Assembly: GCF_018350175.1 (NCBI RefSeq)
Contig: NC_058368.1
Location: forward strand, 187,180,001-187,240,000
Direction of reading: 5' to 3'
Length of the DNA: 60,000 nt
Source: Felis catus
Lineage: Eukaryota
Shown here: positions 46,811 to 59,800 of the stretch, piece by piece
Position numbering within the stretch: position 1 is the stretch's first letter
Layout: each line of letters opens with the position of its first letter
Made by a program: the position numbers and the translations under genes
Notes under the pieces: generated by a model
What the model saw: only the letters and a program-made list of their open reading frames with translations
Told to the model about the DNA's origin: nothing
The model's database searches: none

Positions 46811-47964
46811 GGAATGAGCAGCCATTTGGGTTGGTTACAAAGAAGTCACATTTGTTAAGCTTTTAGAATGCCACTTGTCACACTTGTGTGTGAGATTGTG
46901 GGTATGCTCAGTTTAAAACAGGCCTTGTAAACTGTATGAGAAGATGACATGTTTAGCATAAGATACCACAAGAAGGATTCTAGAATGAGATTTGTGTAGA
47001 CTCCAGATGCATAAGAACAACCACAGTAGAACAATTTGGAGTATTTCTGTCTTTACTTACAACCTGCATTTTTTCTGCATCTTTCACTACTGCTATCTGC
47101 ACATAAAAGATTGGAGGTCATCCTTAATCTTGGAAGAAGAAGGAAACTTAATTTCCCTGTAGCTATTTGCACCAACATCCAGAAATTTAGCTTTTGTTGA
47201 GCTTAGCAACCTCAGACAGGTTTGGAGGAGTTTATAGTGAGAATACCAAGGTGGGGCATGCTGGAGTCTAGTGATAACAACTCATGTGGCCTACATGAGT
47301 TGTATCTGGTGGTGGATGGCCAGCTGGCTGACTAGAGGATTCCATCTGTGACCCTCACTTGTTGCTTCACCAAGCAAGATCTTGGGTTCTGCCATTTTAA
47401 CTTCCAGTAACGTGCATGAAGGGAGATGATTCAAGACCTAGCACCACAACTAGCTAATGTGTTAGTTAATCTCGAGCAAGTTTCTTAATTCTCAGAGAGT
47501 TTCCTTCCCTGTGTTAGAGGAATAATAGTGAACCCTACCCCTCCTCCCCAAGTGGATGAAGCACTACGACAAAGCTTGGAAAGTAGGTGTGGAAACTGAA
47601 ACAGAAATTGGAACTTGCTTCCATAGCATGAAGAGGGCAGCTGAATTGTAGAAAGAGAAGGAGCAAATCTTTTGACTCCTCCTTCTTGCTGGCATACATA
47701 TCTAGACCTATCTGGGAGGACTTCCTTCAGGGTAATTTTGAATCTTCCTATAAGAGGGTGCTGAGGTCTGAGAAGATAGAATTCTGTGAGTTGTGGCACT
47801 ACCACTCCCAGGCATTTTTTCTCCCACATGGATAAGATTGTGAATTAATAAACTGTCCTCTGTACCAGTACTATTTTTCAACCCTCTAAGGTCACCTTGA
47901 ACACAGACCCCAAATAGGGTTACTAAATTTATGCTTCCTCTGTTAGTAGCAAGAAGGTACTCCT

Positions 47965-48200
47965 GGAGTAGTAGAGCACAGATTTGGATTCAGACTACCT
48001 CGACTCAGCTCTGACATTTACTGCAGTGTGTAGTCTTGGATGGGTTATTTAACTTCTGTGAGTGTCTATTTCCTCATCTGTAAAATACAGATAATCTTTA
48101 TTAAGCATTCTTAAAAGAATTAGAGATACTTTATATAGAAGGCCAAGCCCAAGACCTAACACAGAGCAGAGACTCAGTAAACAGTAGGTATATTATTTCA
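47965..48200 (+). mobile_element. MIR (representative; roughly 20 further degraded MIR pieces occur across the window)
   Basis: 'gtagagcacagatttggattcagac...ttatttaacttctgtgagtgtctatttcctcatctgtaaaat' MIR core. Confidence 0.85.
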
Positions 48201-49231
48201 TTTTTAATAAATCATAGTAATAAATAAGAAGATATGCTTCCCCAGACCATTAGCCCACTCTCTCTCAAACTTTCTATCAGTTATGATGGCTGTATAATGT
48301 TTCTCCCATCCTGAGGGAAGCTTCTGAATTTGGTGGCTATGAAACCAGTTGACATTAGAGAAGATGGGGAAAAATCCTGTCTCTGCCAGTAACCCTGTGA
48401 CTGTTCAGACATCTTAGCCAACATCACTCTAGCTGGCATCTAGAAGTCACTCCTGCATCTCAAGATCCAGGTCCTATGAGAGGGGGTATATGTTTGCAGG
48501 CATAGAGGGTAGGAGGCAGGAGAGCTAGGGAAAGAGGTCTAGGTGGGCATACACTCCCCAGTGCTCCTTTGTGGCCCTATGGCTATGTAAAGGGTAGACG
48601 AAGGGTATTTGGTTTTAATTGGGAAATGCTATCAATTGTCCTAGGCTCATTTAAAAATCCATTAGTATCAGGAAGTGGACAGATTAAGCAATAAGGAAGA
48701 GAAAAGCAAAAAGGCTGTCAGCACCCTGCTTTGTAGGGAGCAAACAGCCTGTCTAAGCTTCACCAGCGTGTGCTGCACTGAATGCTAAGAAGCTACTAGA
48801 GTCAATTTCGAGATGCTGGGGAGAGAAAGGAGGTGTCTGGGCCAATTCACACAAAGTCCTGGGCAAGCTTGTTGTTCTAGCAGCTTCCAAAGGTGGTACT
48901 GCAATGATCTGCACTGCACATCTCGGGTTTCTGCAGCTGTTTCTGGCACCCTGGCAACTATGTCTCCCAGCTCTAAGCCATATCATCACCTGCAGATAGT
49001 TACTCCCCTTTGTCACCTCCCTATTTGCCAAGCTCTGAATTGGTTCCAGCAATCTTTTCATCCTGGGAGACATGAGTCAGTCTCAGAGTCCATAGTGGAT
49101 CTGAGAAGGACAGGGCAAAAGATAGAGATGCACCAGAGGAGGGACGAGAAGAAACAGGAAATAGAAAAGAAGGGACAACAAAGATAAAAGCAAGCTATGA
49201 GGACAAAAAATGAAAGGGATATATACGGCTG

Positions 49232-49641
49232 TGTGTTTATTTCCTAGGGCATCCATAATAAGGTACCACAATCTGAGAGGCTTAAAACAACAGAAATTTC
49301 TTCTATAGTTTTGAAGTCTGGAGGTCTGAAATCAAGGCATCTGCAGGGCCATGCTCCCTCTGAAGCCTCTAAGGGCAGGATCTTTCCTTGCCTCTTGGCT
49401 TCTGGTAGCCTAACTCCAACCTCTGCCTCTAACTTCACATGGCTATCTTGCTTCTGGTTCTGTATCTACATCTCTTCTCCTCTTCTAATGGAAGTAGATC
49501 CACCCCAATTCAGTGTGACCTCATCTCACTCAACTTGAATACATCAGCAAAAATCCCATTTCCAAATAAGATAACATCCACAGGTCCTGGGGGCTAGGAC
49601 TTCAACATACCTTTCAGGAAGACACATTTCAACCCATTATA
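49232..49641 (-). mobile_element. MaLR solo LTR (MLT1B/C-like)
   Basis: 'gtaccacaatctgagaggcttaaaacaacagaaattt...ggacttcaacatacc...caacccattata'; perfect 5-bp TSD GGCTG. Confidence 0.9.
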
Positions 49642-49743
49642 GGCTGTTCAGAGAGCTGCTGACTGGTTAATTTAGCTCAGCATTGTAGAAGGTATGGCGG
49701 GGGGGCAGGTGGGAGGGAGCAGGAAGAGTACTAGTCAGGAAAT

Positions 49744-50049
49744 CAGGGCCACAAATTCACATGCCTGCAAAGGCCAGGTAGGTAGCCTAACTAGGCTAGG
49801 AAAGTGGTGGTTGTCTCTTAGCCCACAGTCCTTGGAATGGCAAAGGTTCTTCAGCCCCAGCCATATTTGCCTTGTGGGACTGAGGTTCAGGGAGGCCAGA
49901 CCTAACAAGGAGCTGAGAACCCTGATTTATATGTCAAATGTCACAATTTTTCTTAAACTTTGGCGACTTTTTTTTTTCATAATGTGGTACAGGCCAACTA
50001 AGCCCACCTGCACACTAGAATGTCATGAGCAGCCACTTTGCCACCACAG
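49744..50049 (+). mobile_element. MER102-like hAT element
   Basis: 'cagggccacaaattcacatgcctgcaaaggccaggtagg...agccactttgccacc'; same family as 6496-6793. Confidence 0.65.
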
Positions 50050-52515
50050 GGAAAGAGCCTCAGGTTCAAGTCCCAGGCTTGCCACTGCTGTGTGACCTTG
50101 GGTAGTTACCCTCCATCTCTGGGCCACAATTTCCCAGTAGGATGAGATGGTGTTGATCTTCCCCCGGGGATGGTAGTGAATGTTCAGAAGCGTAGGATTC
50201 CAGGCCCATGCTGGAGGTGCTTACAGATTAATTTGAGAAATAAAACTTCTACATGTGAAAACTTGAGAGACCTTATGCAGTTATTCTAAGGATTATATAA
50301 GTGGATCAAGTTAAAGCCACTAGAAAGTGCCTGCCCCAGCCTAATGCTAAATAATCCTTCTCATGCTTACGTCCTTTCTTACCTCCTCTCTCAGCAAGAC
50401 TTAGCAGCTATTTCATCACAGTTGTTAAAAGCATGAATTCCAAATGCAGAAATGTGAGGGACATCTGAGTGGGTAAGAAAGTCAGCCACAACTGCTCATT
50501 GTGCCTATTCTATATACAAGGCACTGTACTAAGAGCTTTCGTGGATTATTTGCAGTTAGTCCTCATGCCAGGTCCATGTGGTAGATATTACAATGACTTG
50601 TATTGACAAGGAAACAGAAGCTGAAACTGCACAGTTTTAGGTGAAACACAATTCCTTTAAATCGTAGCAGCTAAATCAAATATTTTTCAAAACATTATAT
50701 ACTTTAAACAAGCCTATCTGCAAAATTGGTCCCAGCCCATGGTCAGCTGCTTTGTTTGGTTGATCAAGGGTCAGTGCTGGCTTTGAGTCACTTCCAGTGC
50801 TAGTTTTGCCATTTTCTCTGTGACCTTGGGTCAGTTATGTGCCCTCTCTGGGCCATGGTTGAAATGTTCAATAACTTGCCGAGGTCACAGAATTTGTAAG
50901 TGGCAAAGCCCAGGGTTTAAACCCAGGTAGTGTAGTCACTATATTTAATCATTATATTGCAGTATTCAATAAGTGTTTCTGACATTTCTAAGACCCTCCA
51001 TCAACCAATCTACCCGGATCTAGGTAGGATGCAAAATACTGACCCAATTGCATTGGCTGCTATCTTTAACAAACTCCAGTGAAAGTCCGTAAAAATGAAA
51101 GTGAATGCTTGAAAGCTTACATAGACTTCTTTAAATGTGAAGGGCAAAGAAGAGGTAAGAAGGTCCCTCCTTAGTGCTGCATCATTTGGCCTAAGATTGA
51201 ATCACTGAGCTTTTTTCTCAGTCATGTGACAATTTTAATTCATGCTTCAAAATAAGAGGAATCTGGCTTTCATATTGATGTCATTTAGTCCTAAAAGCTC
51301 TTGATGTGAAAATGAAGCTGTCCAGTGGTTTTCAAATTTATTTTTAGCAGAAAACCCTTTTTTTAAAAAATGAAACCTTACATAGAATACCAGCATATAA
51401 AGTAGAGTCAGCTGGTGTCCATTATGGGCTGCTAAGGCATAATAATAATGATGATGGTAATAATAGCACCAAGTCCTTGCTAAGAACTTGCCACATGCCA
51501 GGCACTATTTATTCTGAGACCTGACTCATGATAACTCATCTAGGCCTTACAACAACCCTATGAGGAAACTGAGGCACAGAAATGTTAGGTAATTTGCTCG
51601 AGGTCATAGAGCTCAGTGTGGGCATCAGGCAGGCTGCCTTAAGGGCCCATGACTTTTCCCATGCCACTGTTCTGCTGTTCAACTCCAGTTCACTACAGCT
51701 GCTTGCAAATGAGAGCCAGCACTACAGAGCTGTGCCTTTGCAGCTTATGACTTGGGGTCATATTGAAACCATTGTTCGATTTTACTATCCACAGGGACTT
51801 AATACATGTTAAATGTCTCACCTGACTGACAGTTACACAGGCCTGTCATTGTATCTCACTCTTAGCTAGTCTGTCTCTCAGGTGCTTCATTGGGTCTTTC
51901 AAAGAAATATTCATGCCGGCCTCAAAGCATAAATTTTAAGGCAGAATAACCCAAATGTTAGTATCCAAATTTGGTGAAAATCTTTCCAGCCTTTAGGGTG
52001 GTTAAATACAAGGGGAACTGCACTCATCCAAAGGGGACGAGGGCAGTAGCCCACGAGGCACCTTCAGGGAACCTTAGGCTCTGGTAACTGAACAAGAAAG
52101 CCATGGTTCTAGCCAAGGATAGCATGCTTGTCTGCTTTCTCTGGGAAAAGGAGAGAATCTAATCCTGAGCTGGGGAGAAAGAACAGATTCGAAAAGAGAG
52201 CCAACTCATGGGAGTATGGGGTGGGACAACACACCAACACCAATGCTCTGACCCTACAGCCAATGAGTTTTGAAGCACCCTCTGAGACACTGATCCTGGC
52301 TTGCTTGAGATGTGCAGAGGCACTGGTGATACCTGGTTTGTCAGGGACCAAACGTATGGTATTTAATTTGCATGAATAGGCTGGGGCTGATGATACAAAT
52401 AATAATAAGGTAAACCTCTCTGGAGGTTGATTTTCTTTACACTTTATTGATAAAATATAACATCTAAATAAAACATGGAACTTAAACATTAAGCTTCTAG
52501 GGGGTTGAACCAGAA

Positions 52516-52752
52516 CAAATTGTTCAACCTTGGCATTATTGACATTTTAGGCTGGATGATTCTTTGTTATAGGAACTATCCTGGGCATTGTAGAATAATT
52601 AGAAACATTTCTGGCCTCGACTCACCAAAGGCCATTAGCATGACCTGACCCTCCCCCAATTTGTGACAATCAAAAATATCCCCAGAAATTGCCAAATAAC
52701 TCCCAGAAAATAAAATCCAGTACAAATCAAAATAAATCCCAGTACAACACTG
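52516..52752 (-). mobile_element. MER20 (hAT-Charlie)
   Basis: 'tcaaccttggcattattgacattttaggctggatgattctttgtt...tgtgacaatcaaaaatatccccagaaattgccaaat'. Confidence 0.88.
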
Positions 52753-53615
52753 AATTACATGATTTCAGAAGTGCCATTTGGCTACAGTCCTATGATCCCT
52801 ATGATATTTCAGATGTTTTCTATAAAAAGTCAAACTCAGTAGATTTCCCCTACTGTTAAACTTGTCCTTTATCTAGATGCCCTGGTGGATACATTGAGGC
52901 CAAGGGCACAGTGGTTTGCCATCACTCCAGTTGCTCTTGGGTACTTGACCTCAAGTCAGTTACTAAAAAAAAATTTAGCTCTAATAATCCCTCATAGGTT
53001 CACCTCTCTCACCACCTCCTGTTGCTTCCAACTGCACTGATCAGCCCTCCTCTTCCTGTGAATGTTAAACTGGAAGAAACATAAAAATAAATGTCAAGTA
53101 TCTAGGCTAAGGCTAAGTCACCCAGACAAGCTTTCTCTTTTCAAGGGGCATCATTTATTTTTTACCTTATATTTGTAAATTGTCTTTTTTCTTATTGACT
53201 TTCTCCAGTAATTACTACTTAATTAGTTGAGGGCTTAAGTCACACACTGTTTGTGAGCATAGTATTGAAGAGTTTGAGTTCCATAATCAGACCACAGCCT
53301 AGGTTTGAATGCTGGCTCACTCATCCATTAGTTTCAAACTTGTAAGTTCCAGAAACTCTTAGCTTCAGTTTTATTATCTACAAAGTAGGGACAGTAATAG
53401 GGCCAGTTGCTAGCAAGATTTAACAAAATGGTATATGTATTCAGCAAAGTGGTATGCATATAGGAAGCATTCAATACATGCTGTTATCCCTAGCATCATC
53501 ACCATTATAATTATTTGTAATTATCACTCCATTCCATTTGCTTCTATTTCTGCTAGAAGTACCTAGAGATCATGACTTCAGGCAACCAGGGAATTGCTTT
53601 AAGAACTTTTGTAGA

Positions 53616-53817
53616 GGGGTGTCTGGGTAGCTCAGTCGGTTAAGTGTCTGACTTCAGCTCAGGCCATGATCTCATGGTTCATGAGTTCTAGCCCCGCATC
53701 AGGCTCTGTGCTGACAGCTCAGAGCCTGGATCCTGCTTCAGATTCTGTCTTCCTCTCTCTCTGCCCCTCCCCCACGCTCTCTCTCTCAATAAATAGACAT
53801 TAAAATTTTTTTTTAAA
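53616..53817 (+). mobile_element. Can-SINE
   Basis: Head GGGGTGTCTGGGTAGCTCAG; perfect TSD AAGAACTTTTGTAGA at 53601-53615 and 53818-53832. Confidence 0.97.
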
Positions 53818-56079
53818 AAGAACTTTTGTAGAAATACACATTTTTAAAAGAAAATGAAAATTTATGTCAGCATCCCTTTTTAATCACCAGCCAAAATGTC
53901 CATGATATCTACAATGAACTCAGCCAGAACCAGAAACCAGGAAGTCAGGCCCCCACAAATTTCAGCCAGGCCCCCACAAATTTCCCTTCTTTCTTTTCTT
54001 AGGCACCTACATAGGGCCTCCCAACTCCACCTTGCCTTTTCCACAAGTAGCTACTGCCATCATCTGAAGCTGCTACACTTGACTTCAAAATGACAGGGGA
54101 GAAAAGATCTTGTTTCCTTGGTGATGTTTATTTGCTCAGCAGGTAAAAAACAAACAAACAACAACAAAAAAACAAGGTCAAAGAGGTGAATCTCAGGTGC
54201 TGCCACAGTAGCTCTTGCCCCATTCTCACCATCCAGCATTAACTCCTTGCTGCCTGTGTGTCCAGCATAAGGGAAATAGCCCTTTAGGATTTAGGGGCTC
54301 AAAAGTCTTGCAGACATCTTTTTTTTTTAATCTGCAAAGATTTAAGTGTTTACCATGGAGTGCTATTTCTTCTATGTATGTGATCATCAAAGAGTGGCCT
54401 GGGTGGTGGCTTTCTTTGTATGTAATTTGTATGCAGTGTGGTATCATGCCTACATCCCCTGATTGGAATTTGAATCCCAGCTCTGCCACTTACTAGCTGT
54501 GAGCAAAGGATGGTCACTCTACACATTTCAAGACACTCTCCTTTCCAGTAGTGCAGATGGTCCCTGTGCTAGCTAGCCTTGGAGAGACAGAGGTACATAG
54601 CATCACTCCGTTATACCAAGAGTGAGAGAGGTTGTTAGTCACTTAAGATGACATATCAGTTTGTCATGGATCAGAAAATAACTCTAACAAGTTATCTGAC
54701 CCATTTGAGCTTCAGTTTTCATATGTGTAATTTTTCAGCCCAGGGTTCTAAGGATTCAGTTTGTAAACAATGCTTATGACACAGCTCAAAGCCTGGATCT
54801 AATAAATGCTCAACAAGTGGTTCTGAAAAGAATGGTTATTTAGGTTAAAATAATGGTGGTCTATGAAAAACAGTATATGAAAAGGCCTCTACACTAGCAA
54901 TTAGGACCACAGGTTCATCTCATTATCTTGTGTGACTGTCTCGATGTCTGCAGCCTAGTTTCCAATTAGGCAAAAATGGAGTTAACATTATCTGCTTCCA
55001 ATTGCTTAGAAAGAGAATGAAAGGCTCAAGGAACTAAACTATAAGACAGTATCTTTGAAAATTGTAAAGTGCAAAACAGACTTAACTAATAATAATTTTC
55101 TCATTCTTTGCATGCTCTTTTTTTTGTTGTTGTATTTGATCCTGGCAATGGCTATCAACAAGCTAGTTACCCGTAGGCCCTTCTAGCACATTCCTAGACA
55201 AGGAGAGCCAGCTAGAAACCCCTGCTGAAGGCAACTCAAGGACGAGTCAGATTGGGACCCAAGTCCTGACCTCAAGTCTGGTTTCTTTCTCACTCACAGA
55301 ATGCAAGGGGTCTTAGAAACTCTTCCCATTCTCCCCCTCTGGATCTCATGGCAAGGCTGGATATACAGACTAATGACATTAAAGAGAATGAGAGGCATCA
55401 AGTGATTCTGTGTAGCCATTCTGTTTGCTAAACTTACAGAAGCATTTCTTCAGAGCTATATGTCTTTCCTTCCTTTTCTAGCTCTTCAGGGTAAAAGACT
55501 ATTCAGCTGCTGACAGCTAGTGATGTGCTTACCCTGTGAACAGTTCATAAAGCGTGACTGCTTCCCGGAGAGCTGTTTGTACAAGCCTGGGAGAGGCCTC
55601 AGTCCACTAATGGAGGCAGCAGAGACTGCCTGCAAAATAAACATGCAACTTCTTAAAGATCATTACTATATTTTGAATATCTTCCTGGTAGAGGCTGGGG
55701 CAAAGGAAGGGAGGATTGGGGAGGCCATTTCTATTGCATGACCTTATAAAGTCCCATTGCAATAAGAGCTGAGTGGGCTCTTGAGCTGTCAAGGGATGGT
55801 GATCTCCTAAAGCAGATCAGCTGCATGTCAGGGATGGAAGTCAGGTAAAGGTCTAAAGTCATTCACCACTGCTGCTCCTTGTCACAAAACTCAACTGGAA
55901 AAGTGTAATTAGTGCAAGCACTCTTCAGACTCCAGGGCCTCCTGCACTTTTCCATAGCTGAAGTTAAGTAACTTGAAGACAGGTGGTGCCAAGATACCAT
56001 TGCCTGATTTGGCACTTGTTTTGAGCTGAGACCATGGGCCTTTGCTGGGCTGATTATAAAAGGGAAGAAAAATCAATCT

Positions 56080-56345
56080 GGTACTAGGATTGTTTAGCAT
56101 TGGAAAGAGAACACTAGAGGCGAACCTGATAGCCCTTCAGATATTTGAAGAGAACTCTCAGGAAAAAGACAATTTTTTCAGAGTGGTTTCAGAGAGCAGA
56201 GAGAGGGCCAAAAGTAGAGGTCACAACAAGATGACCCTGCATTTGGAAAATTGACAGGTCAGTGGTCCAAAACGGAATGGAATGCTTTGTGAGCTAACAA
56301 GTTCCCCACTTGAAGCATCCAAGCATGGAGTGGTTTACAAACTGT
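56080..56345 (+). mobile_element. Ancient CR1/L3 LINE 3' fragment
   Basis: Reads LGLFSIGKRTL (CR1 LGLFSLEKRRL motif); later 'ggaatggaatgctttgtgagctaacaagttccccacttgaagcatccaagc' resembles the L3 3' region. Confidence 0.7.
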
Positions 56346-56890
56346 TCTGGGTAGCCTTAGGGTTCTCTTGAAGTTCAATAAAGTCATAGCATATGTAGGA
56401 ATTAGCTTTGACAGTTAACCCTGAAACAAAAATCATATTTGGTTGAAACTACTTTTGGAAATCCTTTAAATTGGCCATAAAATACCTATATATCTGTGTG
56501 ATTTTATTTTTTACAACCCTGGACAATTAAGGCTGGATTGCCCCTGGGGACTTTGTGATGGAAAATGGGTGTCTCTAGAGACCGGAATCACTTTCAATGG
56601 GATCAGATGCTTGAGGTTTGAAGGAATAGCATCTATTTGTGACTCTCACCAGAGCATGAGCTCTGTGAGCAGATGGAATAGCAGGAGGAACTACCTATGT
56701 TATTTAAATTGATGTACATTTAGGTGTGTCTGAGTGTGTGGCACATAAGATTGAGAGTGCTAGTCAAAAACTAAATATGCTGCTAGTTTATGACTCTCAC
56801 AAAATGAGGGCAGAAGTGAAATCTGGGTGAAACTATAGCATCTTTGCTATAATTGTAAAGGCTCTTACCCCGGTCTTACATGCTAGGATC

Positions 56891-59800
56891 TTTTCCCCCA
56901 GCTTCAGTGAGGTATAATTTGAATATAACGTACTCACTTTAGATTACAGTCTGGTTTTAATAATTGTATATAGTTCTGTAACTGTCATTACAATTAAGAT
57001 ACAGAACATTTTATCATCATTAAAGCTTCCCTTGCACCCAGGCTCCTTTGCAGCCAATCCCTTCACCTTGTTCTTGGCCACTGGAAACCACTGATGTTCT
57101 TTCTGTCACTACAGATTTCCCTTTTTTGAAATTGCATATAAATGGAATCATATTGTATATAAGTCTTTTGTGTTTGACTTCTTTCACTCAGCATAACATT
57201 TTTAAGATACAATCACATTGTTGAGTTTATCAACGTTTCATACCCTTTTATGACTAACAGTTCATAGTATGACTATATGACAACTCTTTATTTATCTGTT
57301 GGTGGACATTTAAGTTGTTTTTAGTTTTTGACTATTATAAATAATGTGACTAGAAATATATACATGCAAGTCTTTGTTTTCTTTTCTCTTGGGTAAATAC
57401 CAGGGATTGTTGGGTTATTTGGTAAGTATCTGTTTAACTTTATAAGAAACAGCCAAACTGGTTTTCAAGCCAGCTATCGTATTTTGCTCTGGCATCAGCA
57501 CTATGGGAGAGTCCAAGTTATTCTAAATTCTTCCCAACACTTGATATTATCATTCTTCAATTTTAGCCAACTTAATGTGTGTAAGTGGTTTTAATTTGCA
57601 TTTCTCTGATAACTAATAGTATCTAGTACTTTTTCATGTGTTTGAGAATTGAAGGAATCACAGCCATTCACATGCTTGTTTTCAAGTGCTCATTTTATCT
57701 TCTTTTGTGAAATATTTGTGCAAATATTTTGTCCTCTTTCTAAATTACGTTGCTTTTCATAGTATAACTGAGTTATTAAGTGTTCTTAATAAATTCAGGA
57801 AGCAATCTCTCACATAAATGTTTTGCAAATATGTCCTATAATAGTATGTCTTGCTTTCTGGTTTTCTCTTTGTATTTCAAAACACAAAAGATTTTAATTT
57901 TGTCATGATCTAATTTGTGAATATCTTCTTTTAGAGTTTGTGCTTTTGGTGTCTTATCTAAGATATCTTTGCCTAACCCAAGATAATAAAGATTATCTCC
58001 TATGTTCTCTTCTGGGATTTTGTTGTTATTTCTCTTATATTTTGGTCCATGATTAATTTCAAATTAATTTTTGTGTATAGTGTAAATAAGAGTCAAGATT
58101 CATTTTTTTTCCCCACACAGATATCCAGCTATTCCAGCACCAGTGGTTAAAGAGAATATCCTTTCCCCATTGAATTACCTTGGCACCTTTGTCAAAATCA
58201 ATTGACTGTGTAAGGGTCTATTTCTAGGTTCTCTATTCTGCTCCACTTCTCTAATTTATGCTAATACCACACTGTCCTAATTACTTCACAGTGAGTTTTG
58301 AATCAGGCAGAGTAGGTCCTTCAAACTTCATCTCTTTCAAGATTGTTTTGGTTATTCCAGGTCTTTTGCACTTTCATATAAATTTTAAAATTAGTTTGAC
58401 AGTTTCTTTAACAAAATTAAGGTTAAGGTTTTGATTGAGATCTCACTGAGTCTTATAGATCAACTTGGGAAGAATTCCATCGAAACAACATTAAGTTTCC
58501 CAATCTATGAACATAGTATTTCTCTTCATTAATTTAGGCATTCTTTAATTTCTCTTTCCAATGTTTTGTGATCATACGTAAGTCTTGCACATCTTTCATT
58601 AGATTTGTTCTTTAGTATTTTTAAGATATTTTAAGTGGATTATTTTAATTTTATTTTTCAATTGTTCATTGTTACTATGTAGAAATATAATTGGCTTTTG
58701 TATACTTACCACATATTTTGCAATCTCTTAAATTCACCTATTCTACCTTTTAGGACTTTCTAAATATGCTATCATATTATATGCAGATGAAGACATTTTT
58801 ATATCTTGCTTTTAAATCTGTATGACTTTTAATTTTCTTGCCTTACTGAACTGCTTAGCTACACTAATACATAGTTGAATATGCTGTGAGAGTGGATATC
58901 CTTGCCTTAATTCTGACCTTAGGGGAAAACATTTAATCTTTCACTATTGAATATGGTATTAGTTGTAAAGTTTGTATAAATATCCTTATTGGGTTGAAGA
59001 AAATCCCATCTGTTCCTAGTTTGCTTAGAGTTTTTATCACAAAAAAAGGTGGATTTTATTTTTTTTTCCTGCCTCTACTGAATTGATCATATGGGTTTTC
59101 TTCTTTATCCAATTAATATGATGAGGAAAATTGATTTTGTGTGTTAAATCCAACTTTGACCTCCTGGAATAAATCCAAGTTGATCATAATATACTTTCCT
59201 TTTATATATGACTATACTTTATTTACTAATATTTTGTCATGGATTTTCAGCCTATGTTCATGCAGGATATTGGTACATAGTTTCCTTTTCTTGTGATGTA
59301 TTTGTCTGTAATACTGAATTTATAAAATAATTTGAGAGGTATTCCCTTCCCTTGTATATCCTAAAGAAGTTTAAGATTTCTTTTCTTAAACGTTAGGTAG
59401 AATCCACCAGTAAAGCCAACTGTGCCTGGTTCTTCTTTGTAAAGAGATTTTTATTTTAATTCGTATTTTTAATTGACATAGGAGTATTCATTTCTTTTTG
59501 TTTCCTCTTGTGTACATTTTTATCATTTATGTCCATTAAAGGATTTGTCTGTTTTCAACAGTCAAATTTATTACCATAGTGTTTACAATATTCTCTTATT
59601 ACCATTTTATGTCTATAGGATATAGTGCTTAGTGATATTGGTATTTTATCTTCTTGAGCAATCAGATAGTGATACATCAATTTATTGACTTTTTTCAAAG
59701 ATCATTGATCTTTTGGTTTCATTTATTGTTTGTTTTCTGTTTTGTGTCAAATTTTTATTTCATTGATTTCTATACTTATGTGTTTTTTTTAATGTTTATT

